A DNA stretch of 64,000 nt from Candidatus Woykebacteria bacterium (GCA_040876265.1 JBBDPN010000001.1:310208-374207), one strand, 5' to 3'. Numbered from the stretch's first letter, positions 1-10,149 are shown. Program-made: numbers and translations. The notes: a model not told the origin generated them from the sequence alone.

Positions 1-1184
1 TCTTCATTAAAAGCACGCAGAAAGGCTGGGTCTTGTGAAACCTCGGCCATTATTCTTAGTTCAATTTGCGAATAATCTGCTGTAATAAGTTTATAACCTG
101 GGGTAGCTATAAAACAGCTTCGGAATCCTGAGTCAGCCGGTATTTGTTGTAAGTTTGGGTTGTTGCAAGCAAACCTACCAGTATCTGCGCCAAGTTGTAG
201 AAAATCAGGATGTAGCCTACCCGTATGAGAATTTATTTTTTCTAAAATTGACTCCCCAAAGGAAGTTATCATTTTTTCGTAAGCACGGTATTCTAGCAAT
301 TTTTTGGCGAGTATGTGCGTTGATTTTTTTAGGGTTGCTTCAGAAGTATTCGTGAGATCCTCACCTAGTTTTTTGAAGACTTGGAGAAGCTGAATTGGAC
401 TATCCAAATTTACGGTATCACTTTCATTGCCAAAAAGATCTACTTGAGAATAGGGCGACAAATGTCTTATATCCTTCTGTATCTCCCTACTTATCTCATC
501 TCTCTTCTTCTCAAGATCCTTTATATGTGATCGCCATTTTTCTGTGTCAATAAGGGATCCTCTCAGCTCCATCTCAGCTACTACTGAGACGATAGCAAAT
601 TCCAGCCTTGCGGTTTCGATTAAGTGTTCCTCTTGTAATTGCTTGTATTGGCTTTCAAAAATTTTCCTTAGAACCAAAGCGTCTCTGGCTGCATACTCTA
701 GCTGTTCAGTCGAAAATTTCCCTCGAAAAGCTGCATTAGCTGGGTTGTAAAAATCCTCACGAACACTTTTATCGATCTTTATACCGATATATTTTTCTGC
801 TAAAGCTTTAAGCGATATTTCTCTAGAAAGACCACAGGTAAGGATCCTTTCAGCCAGCATTGTGTCAAATACATTACCAAGACTAATACCCGTTTGGGCT
901 TTCAAAAGTGAGTAATCGAATTTAGCGTTTTGAACTATCTTTAATGGTCTTTCCGCCTCCAAAACTACCTTAAGGGAGTTTAAATCCGTGGAGCTTGCAT
1001 CAACAACATAAACCTCATTCCTCGTTGCGAGTTGAACCAACAGCAGCTTAGAAGTAAACGGGTCAAAACTACTACCCTCAGTATCTAAACCAATGATCGG
1101 TTCAGCTTCGATTTTTGGTAATATCCTCCTTAAATCCTCGTCGGATTTTATAAACTGAAATTTGACTTTTGTTTCAGTCTCCAT
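1..1184 (-). CDS. polA: Family A DNA polymerase with N-terminal 3'-5' exonuclease and no 5'-3' nuclease domain; 3' end runs off the window
   Basis: Manual translation from ATG at 1184: METETKVKFQFIKSDEDL..IGLDTEG (ExoI)..QNAKFD (ExoII)..YAARDA (ExoIII)..TGRFACNNPNLQQIP..ADYSQIELRIMA (motif A). Absent from the ORF track because it is truncated. Confidence 0.92.
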   Translation of the reverse strand, partial: METETKVKFQFIKSDEDLRRILPKIEAEPIIGLDTEGSSFDPFTSKLLLVQLATRNEVYVVDASSTDLNSLKVVLEAERPLKIVQNAKFDYSLLKAQTGISLGNVFDTMLAERILTCGLSREISLKALAEKYIGIKIDKSVREDFYNPANAAFRGKFSTEQLEYAARDALVLRKIFESQYKQLQEEHLIETARLEFAIVSVVAEMELRGSLIDTEKWRSHIKDLEKKRDEISREIQKDIRHLSPYSQVDLFGNESDTVNLDSPIQLLQVFKKLGEDLTNTSEATLKKSTHILAKKLLEYRAYEKMITSFGESILEKINSHTGRLHPDFLQLGADTGRFACNNPNLQQIPADSGFRSCFIATPGYKLITADYSQIELRIMAEVSQDPAFLRAFNE

Positions 1185-2634
1185 TTGAAAGCTCCAACTT
1201 CAATAAATCAGTAACAACTTTTGGATCCCCCTTGCCTCCTGTCTTCCTCATCACTTGCCCAACCAGGAAGCCTAGGGAAGCTTCCTTGCCTTTTCTAAAA
1301 TCTGCTGCTGCTTTGGGGTTCTCGGTGATTGCCTCATCCACAACCTTCTTTAAGTTACCTTCGGTGAAATCCTGTGAAAATCCTTGCTCTTCGATAATTT
1401 TAGCGGGCATTTTACCACTCTCAAACATAAGAGCAAACACTTTCTTAGCTATGGTTTGGTTAATCTTACCCTTATCTATAAAGTATAGCAGTTCTACTAA
1501 CTCGGCTGGTTCTATTGGGACTTCCTTTGGGCTTAGATTTTTTTCTTTCATTATTCTCAGAAATTCTCCTACAACCCAATTTGCCAGGGTTTTGGCTTTT
1601 GGCTCAATACCTCTCTTTCCTTTTGCGTATAGTATCAGTGCATTTTCAAACCATTGAGCAAGATATTTATCCTCTGTTAAAATTTGAACACTATTTTTGT
1701 CCAAATTAAACTCTTGACCGAATCTTTTCTCCTTTTGCCAAGGGAGTTCCGGTAGGCTTCTTTTAACTTTACTCACATTTTTACTTTCAAAAGTGAGGGG
1801 TGGGAGGTCTGGCTCCGGAAAGTAGCGATAGTCTGGCGATGTTTCTTTTGAACGCTGCGACACTGTTACCCCCTTTGTTTCTACCCACCCTCTTGTTTCT
1901 TGGTCAATTTGACCACCAGACTCCAACACTTTTATTTGGCGTTTGATTTCGTAAGTTAGAGCTTTTTCCAGAAACCGAAACGAATTAATGTTCTTGATTT
2001 CCACTTTTACGCCAAGAGTCTTCGTCCCTTGTTTCTTTATAGAAACATTTGCGTCGAACCTCATTCCAGCTTTCTCCATATCCACGTCGGCCACTTCGAG
2101 ATACCTAGCAACTTGATGAATGGTTTTAGCGTACTCCTTAGCCAATTGGGGACTATCTATATCAGGCTCGGAAACTATTTCCATCAGAGGTACGCCAGAC
2201 CTATTAAAATCTACCAGACTTACACTTTCTCCATTTACCCGGGCATGAATCAGCTTACCAGTGTCCTCTTCCTGATGGGCTCGGTTTATCCTTATTTTTT
2301 TCCCACCAACTGGTACCCATCCATTTATACCTATAGGTAAATCGTATTGCGAAATCTGATATCCCTTTGGAAGATCGGGGTAGAAATAATTCTTTCTGTC
2401 AAACTTACTCTGGACAGAAACCTCACAATTTAACCCCAAAGCAAATTTTACCGCTGAACTAATTGCCTCCTCATTAATTATTGGTAAAGCACCCGGCAAT
2501 CCTAAGCAGACTGGGCAGGTGTGAACATTTGGCTGTGCGCCAAAATATTGCGCGCTACTGCAGCAAAACATCTTAGATTTTGTTTTGAGTTGGACATGTA
2601 TCTCCAAACCAATTGTTTCTTCGTATTGTTCCAT
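1174..2634 (-). CDS. gatB: Asp/Glu-tRNA amidotransferase subunit B
   Basis: IGLEIHVQL, FDRKNYFYPDLPKGYQISQ, DYRYFPEPDLPP. Confidence 0.98.
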   Translation of the reverse strand: MEQYEETIGLEIHVQLKTKSKMFCCSSAQYFGAQPNVHTCPVCLGLPGALPIINEEAISSAVKFALGLNCEVSVQSKFDRKNYFYPDLPKGYQISQYDLPIGINGWVPVGGKKIRINRAHQEEDTGKLIHARVNGESVSLVDFNRSGVPLMEIVSEPDIDSPQLAKEYAKTIHQVARYLEVADVDMEKAGMRFDANVSIKKQGTKTLGVKVEIKNINSFRFLEKALTYEIKRQIKVLESGGQIDQETRGWVETKGVTVSQRSKETSPDYRYFPEPDLPPLTFESKNVSKVKRSLPELPWQKEKRFGQEFNLDKNSVQILTEDKYLAQWFENALILYAKGKRGIEPKAKTLANWVVGEFLRIMKEKNLSPKEVPIEPAELVELLYFIDKGKINQTIAKKVFALMFESGKMPAKIIEEQGFSQDFTEGNLKKVVDEAITENPKAAADFRKGKEASLGFLVGQVMRKTGGKGDPKVVTDLLKLELSNGD

Positions 2635-2645
2635 AGACTAGTAGG

Positions 2646-3176
2646 TTATTTACCAAGCAATCTTTTCCACCAACTTTTCTTGGCACGAGTGAAATAATTC
2701 TTTTTCATCTTACCCAACCGGTCCGTTCTTCTCATTAACCTCTCGTCTGGTTCTACATCCCAGCGAATCCTATCTATTTTGGAAACTTCCTCCCTTAAAC
2801 CTTTATTAGACGCATATTCTCTCCCCTGCTCTGCCATAGTTTTGAACAAATTTCGCACTCGAAACCTATCCAAATCATAAAGATTGATGGAAAAAAGTTT
2901 GTAACCTTGTTTTTCAACCAAACCGATCTTTTTACTATCTAGGGTCACCTGTTTTTGAAAGTCTTCTGGTCCCGCGTGCATACCAGGAACAACGCGGTAG
3001 TGCTGATCTCCTTGAAACTCTATTGCCAAACCCAGTGTTGGGTAAAATCTATCAATTTCCAACCTCTCTAGCCAATCGGGCCGGACATTATCAATCTTTC
3101 TAAACTGACCAAAGTATTGATCAAGGATGCGCTTAGCCAACATTTCGCTATGTGAAACCCGCACTTCACTACTCAT
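2646..3176 (-). CDS. Hypothetical protein with PD-(D/E)XK/Vsr-DUF559-like endonuclease motif
   Basis: [27 protein letters not shown]; start overlaps the gatA stop region. Confidence 0.6.
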   Translation of the reverse strand: MSSEVRVSHSEMLAKRILDQYFGQFRKIDNVRPDWLERLEIDRFYPTLGLAIEFQGDQHYRVVPGMHAGPEDFQKQVTLDSKKIGLVEKQGYKLFSINLYDLDRFRVRNLFKTMAEQGREYASNKGLREEVSKIDRIRWDVEPDERLMRRTDRLGKMKKNYFTRAKKSWWKRLLGK

Positions 3177-4582
3177 AACTTGGGTTTATCGATAAACGGA
3201 AAGTTTTGCTCGTAAGCATAAGCGACATTAAATATTTTTTCCTCTTGCCAATGATCAGCAATGACCTGCAACCCCACCGGCAGCCCAGAAACTAAACCAC
3301 AGGGAATCGACACGCCTGGCAGGCCAGCTAGATTTACTGGGACAGTAAGAATATCAGCCAAATACATGCTAAGTGGATCATCTGCCCTCTCACCAATCTT
3401 GAAAGGGAGGATTGGTGAGGTAGGGCCAACGATAACGTCAACCTTTTTAAAAGCTTCTTGAAACTCTTTGTAGATCAAAGTTCTCACCTTCGCTGCTTTT
3501 AGATAGTAAGCATCGAAATAGCCAGAAGAAAGCGCGTAGGTACCGAGCATTATTCTTCTTTTTACTTCAGGTCCAAAGTGTTCTCTGGTGTTTCCAAAAC
3601 GAATACCGTCAAATCTAGCCAGATTTGCACTCGCCTCTGATGGCAAAATTAAATAGTACACGGCTATAGCCTCTTTGCTTCTCGGTAAAGAGAGCTCGAC
3701 CAAGGTTGCTCCCAACTTTTCCAACCTACTAACTGCTTTAAGTACACTGTCCTTGACCGAAGCTGCTATACCCGCACCAAAATACTCTTTCGGCACACCA
3801 ATTTTAACTCCCCTTACATTTTCCCGCAGGCTCTTTGTGTAATCTGGGACCTCCTTCGAGACACTTGTAGCGTCATTTTTGTCAAAACCGGCAATTGTAT
3901 TCAGGACTATAGCTGCATCTTCAACTGTTTTGGTAAATGGTCCAATCTGGTCAAGTGAGGAAGCAAGAGCAATGAGACCATAACGGCTTACCCTACCGTA
4001 AGTTGGTTTGAGACCAGTCACCCCACAGAAACTTGCGGGCTGTCTTATACTCCCACCGGTATCTGACCCAAGAGAGAAAATGGCCATTTTGGCTGCGACA
4101 GCTACCGCAGACCCACCACTACTTCCACCCGGAACTCTCTGTTTGTCCCAAGGATTTTTAGTGATTTGGTAAGCTGAGTTTTCCGTGGACGCTCCCATAG
4201 CAAACTCGTCCAGATTTGTTTTCCCAGTTATTACGACGCCACTTTCTAAAAGTTTTTTATAAACTGTAGCCGAGTAAGGAGGAATAAAATTAGATAATAT
4301 TTTTGATCCGGCGGTTGTCCTAATACCCTCCGTTAAAATTACATCTTTAATTGCAGCTGGTATACCGGCTATTGGAGAGATTTGTTGTCCTTGGGCAATC
4401 AGTTTGTCAACTCTTTCAGCTTGATGAACCGCTTCCTCCTTAGTAAGTAGTAGGTAGGCCTTTAGATCTTTGTCGGACTTTTCTACTGAAGCAAAAACAG
4501 CTCCCGTCAATTCTCTGGAAGAGAAATTTTTCTTCTCAAGCCCTTCGTGAGCTTGTTTGATCGTAAGGGTTGATAGGTCCAT
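3173..4582 (-). CDS. gatA: Asp/Glu-tRNA amidotransferase subunit A
   Basis: Amidase signature [24 protein letters not shown]. Confidence 0.98.
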   Translation of the reverse strand: MDLSTLTIKQAHEGLEKKNFSSRELTGAVFASVEKSDKDLKAYLLLTKEEAVHQAERVDKLIAQGQQISPIAGIPAAIKDVILTEGIRTTAGSKILSNFIPPYSATVYKKLLESGVVITGKTNLDEFAMGASTENSAYQITKNPWDKQRVPGGSSGGSAVAVAAKMAIFSLGSDTGGSIRQPASFCGVTGLKPTYGRVSRYGLIALASSLDQIGPFTKTVEDAAIVLNTIAGFDKNDATSVSKEVPDYTKSLRENVRGVKIGVPKEYFGAGIAASVKDSVLKAVSRLEKLGATLVELSLPRSKEAIAVYYLILPSEASANLARFDGIRFGNTREHFGPEVKRRIMLGTYALSSGYFDAYYLKAAKVRTLIYKEFQEAFKKVDVIVGPTSPILPFKIGERADDPLSMYLADILTVPVNLAGLPGVSIPCGLVSGLPVGLQVIADHWQEEKIFNVAYAYEQNFPFIDKPKL

Positions 4583-4584
4583 TG

Positions 4585-4884
4585 CTACCTGTCCAAAACC
4601 GCCTTTACTTTGAAAAACCCGTTATGACTGCTTTTGGTATTTTGCAAAGCTTCTTTTTGGGATAAACCAGGTTCGGTCTCATCCTTCCTCTTAATATTTT
4701 CCGCTCCTGTAACGTGAGCGGTTGGCTCCACACCGGTAGTATCTACTTTGGTTAGTAAGGATATGTTGTAATCGATCACCTCAGATAGCTGGCTTGAAAA
4801 TTTCTTTACTTCGGCTGCTGTTAACGGTAGATTTGCCAGCTTTGCTACATGTTTTACCTCATCAGTAGAGATCTTCCTTTTCAT
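4585..4884 (-). CDS. gatC: Asp/Glu-tRNA amidotransferase subunit C
   Basis: [24 protein letters not shown]; directly upstream of gatA. Confidence 0.95.
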   Translation of the reverse strand: MKRKISTDEVKHVAKLANLPLTAAEVKKFSSQLSEVIDYNISLLTKVDTTGVEPTAHVTGAENIKRKDETEPGLSQKEALQNTKSSHNGFFKVKAVLDR

Positions 4885-5804
4885 ACGTACGCTCCACTTG
4901 AACCTCGCAATGCTTCCACCCTTTCTTCAACTGGTGGGTGAGTCCGAAAAAGACCTGCGAGCCAATTTTTTGCTTGTTCTCCTTTGAAGGGGTTGATGAT
5001 AAACATATGAGCGTTAGCCGTATTTGCATTTTTAGCTGGTGTCGCATCGCTACTTATTTTTAACAAAGCGCTCGCTAAATCCTGCGGATTCCTTGTCAAA
5101 AGGGCGCCCGAGGAATCAGCTAAAAATTCCCTTCTTCTGGAAATTGCAAGCTTTATAAGTTGCGCAGCTATTGGCGCCAAAACAGCCGCCAAAATTCCAA
5201 CTATCAAAATAAGCGAGTTTCCGCCTCGACGGCCTCGGTTAGCTCCTCCCCACCACAAACTGCGGAAGAAAATATCGGCAAGTAGGGCCACACTCCCAAC
5301 CAGAATTACCACAATACTCATTAGTCTAGTGTCGTAATTCCTTATATGAGAAAGCTCATGCGCAGCCACACCTTCGAGTTCCAATCTTTCGAGTCTATTT
5401 AAAATGCCAGTGGTAAAGGCGATAGCCGCGTGCTCTGGATCCCTACCAGTAGCAAACGCATTTGGAGCTGGGTCGTCAATAATATAGATCTTTGGAATAG
5501 TTGATCCCGAAGCAATAGATAAATTCTCTACAATTCTGTACAGATCTGGATTGTCCTTCTTTTCGATCGATTTAGCACCACTCATGCCTAAAACTAGCTT
5601 ATCGGACCAATAGTAAGAGCCGAGATTTACAAAGCCTGAAATCATTAAAATGATACCAACAAAGCCAAAAGCACCAATACCCTCATAACCCAACGCCAAT
5701 ACTAACACATAGGCCACAGCAACGATAAAGACCGAAAAGCTTAGCATCAGGAGTAATGTTTTTCTCCTATTTGAATCAATTTGGTTGTGAATTGTTGGTA
5801 TCAT
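4881..5804 (-). CDS. htpX: M48 zinc metalloprotease HtpX
   Basis: PNAFATGRDP, HELSH, SRRREFLAD, THPPVEERV; adjacent to lemA. Confidence 0.95.
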   Translation of the reverse strand: MIPTIHNQIDSNRRKTLLLMLSFSVFIVAVAYVLVLALGYEGIGAFGFVGIILMISGFVNLGSYYWSDKLVLGMSGAKSIEKKDNPDLYRIVENLSIASGSTIPKIYIIDDPAPNAFATGRDPEHAAIAFTTGILNRLERLELEGVAAHELSHIRNYDTRLMSIVVILVGSVALLADIFFRSLWWGGANRGRRGGNSLILIVGILAAVLAPIAAQLIKLAISRRREFLADSSGALLTRNPQDLASALLKISSDATPAKNANTANAHMFIINPFKGEQAKNWLAGLFRTHPPVEERVEALRGSSGAYV

Positions 5805-5950
5805 CTCTTATTTATTTTAAATTTAAACAATTCGCACATCGACCAATAGATCGATATTGTGGATAGTTGGAACCATAGTATAATTATTTAATACCCAACT
5901 AGACACAACAACAAGTGAAGCTTGGTATTGTAGATTGTCGGGACTGCCAT
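5784..5950 (-). repeat. Three diverged copies of the first 7 codons of htpX at a ~72-nt period; the two upstream copies head mini-ORFs 5888..5950 and 5823..5876
   Basis: ATG GCA GTC CCG ACA ATC TAC AAT; ATG GTT CCA ACT ATC CAC AAT; ATG ATA CCA ACA ATT CAC AAC (htpX itself). Confidence 0.8.
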
Positions 5951-5971
5951 TAACTTCGCCACCCCAAGAGG

Positions 5972-6523
5972 TTAAAACTTCACGTCAACTCGTTTTTTTG
6001 CCTCTTCTTCCGCTTCAAAGAATTCTTCAGCCTTAAACCCAAACATATTAGCAATTACCACGTTTGGGAAAACTTGAATTTTGGTGTTAAAGTCCAATAC
6101 GTTTGAGTTGTAAAATTGACGGCTGGCAGCAATCTTTGTTTCTGTGTCAGACAACTCTTTCTGGAGTTCCTTGAAGTTATCAGACGCTTTAAGATCCGGA
6201 TAGTTTTCTGCCACTGCAAACAGCGATTTAAGCGCGCCAGTCAACATGTTATCTGCTTCCGCGGCTTCTTTAGCCGACTGCGCTCCCAGCATCGCGCTTC
6301 TGGCCTTTGTGACATTTTCGAATATAGATTTTTCATGCTTGGCGTAACCCTTTACTGCTTCAACCAGGTTTGGAATTAGGTCCGTTCTTCTCTTTAGTTG
6401 AACATCAATACCGCTCCAAGATTCTTTTACTCTGTTTCTAGCAGTTATTAACCCGTTGTAAACTCCAAGAATAAATAGTATTACTACCACAACTGCGGCT
6501 AATAAAACCCACACTACAATCAT
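5972..6523 (-). CDS. lemA: LemA family protein
   Basis: N-terminal [31 protein letters not shown]; SD GGAGGTG upstream. Confidence 0.96.
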   Translation of the reverse strand: MIVVWVLLAAVVVVILFILGVYNGLITARNRVKESWSGIDVQLKRRTDLIPNLVEAVKGYAKHEKSIFENVTKARSAMLGAQSAKEAAEADNMLTGALKSLFAVAENYPDLKASDNFKELQKELSDTETKIAASRQFYNSNVLDFNTKIQVFPNVVIANMFGFKAEEFFEAEEEAKKRVDVKF

Positions 6524-6567
6524 TTTTTACACCTCCTCTCATCAATCCGCTACCTGACGGATCAATC

Positions 6568-8262
6568 TCAGATTTCTAGTATATCCTTTAGCTTTGCATA
6601 GGGCAAGCTGTTTATAATATCACCCTTATCTGCCCAACCCCTACGAGCGACCGAGATACCATACTCCATAAGGGTCAGGTGGTTTATCTGGTGAGAATCC
6701 GTATCAACAGTAAACCTGACTCCAAATTCTTTTGCTTCGCGAACTAAATTATCAGGTAAGTCTAGTCTGTTTGGATAACCGTCAATTTCCAGGAATTTTC
6801 CCAGCTCCCCAGCTCTCCTAAAAATTTTTCCCCAGTCTGCATTTATTCCTTCCCTTTCCAATAGCAGCCTTCCAGTTGGATGAGCGAATACGTCAACGTG
6901 CGGATTTTCCAAGGCTTTAAGTATCCTATTAGTCATCTCCTTTTTAGGTTGGCGGAAACTAGTGTGGATAGAAACAAAAATAATGTCATGTTTAGCTAGT
7001 ATTTCATCGGGAACCTGCAAGGTAGAATTAGCATTTATGTTTACTTCGAGTCCAGATATTACCCTAATTTTATCTTGTGAGTAATTAAATTGTTCTATTT
7101 CTTTTAATCTTTGATCAAATTTCAGACTTGGGTATGAGTGATCTGTTAACGCAATGTACTCTCTTCCAAGGCTTGCGGCTGCTTTTGCCATATCTTCAAT
7201 AGAATCTTGACCATCGCTCCAAAACGAGTGGGTGTGCAAATCTCCTTTAATGTCGCTCAGTTCAACAAGCCCGGGAAGTTTGTTTTTTAGCGCCGCTTCT
7301 ATCTCACCTGTATCTTCGCGTAGTTCAGGGGGAGGGGTTTGCATTTCAAATAGTGAATAGACTTCATCCTCCGTCTGACAGGGACGGACCTTGTCAGTTT
7401 TAAGTTCTTTTATACCGTATTCAGAGATTGAGTACCCTTTTTCTCTGGCTAGTGATCGCATGTGGATGTTGTGAGCTTTCGAACCTGTAAAATGGTGTAG
7501 TAGCGAACCGTAATGCTGGGGCGGTTGAACCATAAGATCAACGTGAATCCCGTCACGAACAGCGATGGTAGCTGTTCTGCCTCCGGCTTCGACAACTCTT
7601 TCTTTGCTTGGAAATTTCGTAAAGTGCTCAATAACCGCTTTAGGGTTATCCGAGGCTACTGAAAGATCAACATCTCCAACCGTAGCTACTTTTCTTCGCA
7701 AACTACCGAGAGAATCTGCCGCCACCACATCTTTATGTCTTTTCAAATATTCTAGTACTTTTTTTGCCACCTCTCCCGCCACAGGAAGTAAGATACGATC
7801 CGATTTTCGTTTTAGTTCTCCGATACCCTGCAGGATATTCCTGAGAGATTTTTCGCTAAATTCTTCTTCAAGTAGTTTTTCTTTAATTTTTTCTTCTAAA
7901 TCTGGGACATTTTTTACCCCTGCTTTAGCTAATTTATAAGCGGTCTTTGGCCCCACCCCAGAAATTTTAAGAAGGTCAAACATGGAAGTAGGTACATTTT
8001 TAAAGAAACCTTCGAAGTGTCTTACCTTACCGGTAGTGAAGAGTTCGTCTATGTAATTAGCAATATTGCTACCTATCCCAGGGATTTGGTCTAGTTGCCC
8101 GGTTTCCCAAATGGCGCGGATATCGCTGCTGGCGTGTTCAACAGCGTCTGCGGCCAGATCATAAGCCCGAATTTGAAAATAATTTTCTCCCTTTACCTGA
8201 TGGGCCGCTGAAACATTGCGCAGCAAAGTTGCCACTTCTTTGTTAGTAAATTTCTTTACCAT
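6568..8262 (-). CDS. polX: DNA polymerase X / PHP 3'-5' exonuclease
   Basis: GSLRR..GDVDL, FTGSKAHN, PHP motifs DLHTH, TDHS, TDSH. Start moved to ATG 8262 (MVKKFTNKEVA) because the ORF-track extension runs through the pyrE terminator. Confidence 0.93.
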   Translation of the reverse strand: MVKKFTNKEVATLLRNVSAAHQVKGENYFQIRAYDLAADAVEHASSDIRAIWETGQLDQIPGIGSNIANYIDELFTTGKVRHFEGFFKNVPTSMFDLLKISGVGPKTAYKLAKAGVKNVPDLEEKIKEKLLEEEFSEKSLRNILQGIGELKRKSDRILLPVAGEVAKKVLEYLKRHKDVVAADSLGSLRRKVATVGDVDLSVASDNPKAVIEHFTKFPSKERVVEAGGRTATIAVRDGIHVDLMVQPPQHYGSLLHHFTGSKAHNIHMRSLAREKGYSISEYGIKELKTDKVRPCQTEDEVYSLFEMQTPPPELREDTGEIEAALKNKLPGLVELSDIKGDLHTHSFWSDGQDSIEDMAKAAASLGREYIALTDHSYPSLKFDQRLKEIEQFNYSQDKIRVISGLEVNINANSTLQVPDEILAKHDIIFVSIHTSFRQPKKEMTNRILKALENPHVDVFAHPTGRLLLEREGINADWGKIFRRAGELGKFLEIDGYPNRLDLPDNLVREAKEFGVRFTVDTDSHQINHLTLMEYGISVARRGWADKGDIINSLPYAKLKDILEI

Positions 8263-8290
8263 AAGCAGTTTTATTATATTATGTTCTGAT

Positions 8291-8329
8291 AGAAACGAAA
8301 ACACCGCCCGGGACAAGCCCAAACGGTGC
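8291..8329 (-). terminator. Intrinsic terminator after pyrE
   Basis: GCACCGTTTGGG-CTTGT-CCCGGGCGGTGT followed by TTTCGTTTCT. Confidence 0.75.
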
Positions 8330-8348
8330 GTTCGATCTCTTCTCCAGG

Positions 8349-8981
8349 TCACTTACGATTCGCCGGCCAACCAGAAGGATTGTTTCCGTACCGATCAACA
8401 AACGCAAGCCCGTGCTTATCATCGGTGTTTATTTGTACCCCCTCTTGGCAAAGCGGACACTCATCCTCTGGGTAGTCGGGCAAATAACGATTGACACAGC
8501 TAAAGATTGGCACATCAAGCCTAACGTCGGTTCTGTTCCACAATTGACCTACCCCCACAACCTCTGCGCCAAGCTTGCGCACAGCTCTCATTAGTTCCTT
8601 CTCAGTCCCACCGGTTGTTGACGTATCATCCACCACCAAGACACGGGTCCCTTCTCGGATCAGATCGGCAAACCCGCTGGGGAGCAAGAGCTGCCCATTG
8701 ATAACCTCAGCGTAGATGAAGTTCGTTTCCTCACCCAAGTAATAAGCAACTCTTGAACCTAGAGCAATGGCGCCCGCAGCAGGAGAGATCACGACTTCAA
8801 CTCTGTAAGACTCGAAATGATCTGAAATTGCTTCCGCAAGTAGATCGAGTTTGTGGGGCTTAGTGTTGAACTTCTTAGTTATCTTGACCCTTGCGTGAGA
8901 ACCGTTGGTGAAAACGAAGTGGCCTTCTTCAACAGCGCCTGTTGACTTAATCAATTCGAGAGCATTATCCTCGGTCAGCAT
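8349..8981 (-). CDS. pyrE: Orotate phosphoribosyltransferase (divergent)
   Basis: EGHFVFTNGSH, PRPP loop VLVVDDTSTTGGT, C-terminal CPLC; adjacent to pyrF. Confidence 0.85.
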   Translation of the reverse strand: MLTEDNALELIKSTGAVEEGHFVFTNGSHARVKITKKFNTKPHKLDLLAEAISDHFESYRVEVVISPAAGAIALGSRVAYYLGEETNFIYAEVINGQLLLPSGFADLIREGTRVLVVDDTSTTGGTEKELMRAVRKLGAEVVGVGQLWNRTDVRLDVPIFSCVNRYLPDYPEDECPLCQEGVQINTDDKHGLAFVDRYGNNPSGWPANRK

Positions 8982-9863
8982 TTATCCCTCCATCGTTCGG
9001 AATGACTCCAGAACTGATCGGATCTGCTGATCGTAGAAATCAGCCGCTTTGGCCGCTGCCTTATCAAAATGCTTCGGATCAGCCTTGAATTGTTCTGTTA
9101 GATAGGCGGATGACCATCTACTAGAAACGTTGATGACGAAATCGGCGAGTGCATTGGGGTTGTACGCTTTCCCAACCGATGCTCTCAAATCACCGCTCTG
9201 AGTCCCTACGCCAGGGATCAAAAGGAAGATACTTGGCGCAATCTCCCTTACTTTCGCGAGTTCGTTTGGATAGACTGCACCTACTACCAACCCACAGTTA
9301 CCACTCTCGTCCCAGTCACGCGAAACGTTACGGGCAACAACTTGATACAATGGCGCACGGTCCTGACCAAGAACAGGGTCCGTACTCACATCAACAGTAA
9401 GGTCTTGGAACTCGCCGGCACCTGGATTACTCGTTCGGCAGAGAATAATGATTCCTCTCTCCGCCTCGGCCAAGAACCCACTAAGGGACTCTCTTCCAAG
9501 GTAGGGGTGAACCGTAACGGCATCAACCCCGAATAGATCGAAGGCTTCCTTGATGTACCTTGAGTTTGTTTTCCCAATGTCTCCTCGCTTCATGTCAAGG
9601 ATAATTGGTACACCAGGATCCAATGATCGCACATGTCTGATCACCAACTCCAGCTCCTTCAACCCCTCGGAGCCTCGCTCTTCGAAGAAAGCGATGTTGG
9701 GTTTGATTGCTGCGGCGTAAAGCAGTGATCTCTCCAAAGACCTCTGACAGAACTCAGTCACAGATACCTCAGCAGGAATCTTACCAAGATCAGGATCAAC
9801 ACCCAAGCACAGGTGTGCCCCCTGCAGTATCCTGGCACTTATCTTTTCCATGAATGACACCAT
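8982..9863 (-). CDS. pyrF: Orotidine-5'-phosphate decarboxylase
   Basis: LCLGVDP, KPNIAFFE, DMKRGDIGKT, RTSNPG, LIPGVGTQ. Confidence 0.95.
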   Translation of the reverse strand: MVSFMEKISARILQGAHLCLGVDPDLGKIPAEVSVTEFCQRSLERSLLYAAAIKPNIAFFEERGSEGLKELELVIRHVRSLDPGVPIILDMKRGDIGKTNSRYIKEAFDLFGVDAVTVHPYLGRESLSGFLAEAERGIIILCRTSNPGAGEFQDLTVDVSTDPVLGQDRAPLYQVVARNVSRDWDESGNCGLVVGAVYPNELAKVREIAPSIFLLIPGVGTQSGDLRASVGKAYNPNALADFVINVSSRWSSAYLTEQFKADPKHFDKAAAKAADFYDQQIRSVLESFRTMEG

Positions 9864-9909
9864 CGATCTCCTCCAAACTAGTATATGTTAACCAAAATGT
9901 GCTGGTGAA

Positions 9910-9978
9910 AGTATAGTAGGGAGACTATGAGACGTCAAGTTTAGTATGATTGACGATACAAATCTAATTTGTTAAACT
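9910..9978. promoter_or_regulatory. Divergent sigma70-type promoters for pyrF (-) and tRNA-Asp (+)
   Basis: Minus: TTGACG-17-TATACT; plus: TTGACG-17-TAAACT. Confidence 0.65.
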
Positions 9979-9994
9979 TACACTTCGATTACTT

Positions 9995-10070
9995 GGGGCG
10001 GTAGCTCAGCGGTTAGAGTGGCTGTCTGTCGAACAGCAGGTCGCGGGTTCGAATCCCGTCCGCCCCGCCA
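9995..10070 (+). tRNA. tRNA-Asp(GTC)
   Basis: GGGGCGG/CCGCCCC acceptor, GCTGT-CTGTCGA-ACAGC anticodon arm, TTCGAAT T-loop, G73, encoded CCA. Confidence 0.96.
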
Positions 10071-10149
10071 GTCCTTGTTACATTTTGACCCACTTTTATC
10101 ATGTTTTGAGGCCGTTGACTGACCCCTAGCCTATTGCTATAGTATCCTC

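Noticed and set aside
300-335. Programmed frameshift at the A7 run in polA
   Set aside because: Manual translation stays in frame (ATLKKSTHILAKKLLEYR).
5784-5950. CRISPR array (repeat plus spacer at a ~72-nt period)
   Set aside because: The repeats vary at codon third positions and equal the htpX start, they are not palindromic, and no cas genes are present.
8263-8352. 30-aa N-terminal extension of PolX in the ORF track
   Set aside because: It spans the pyrE terminator and a -10 box; recognisable PolX sequence begins at ATG 8262.
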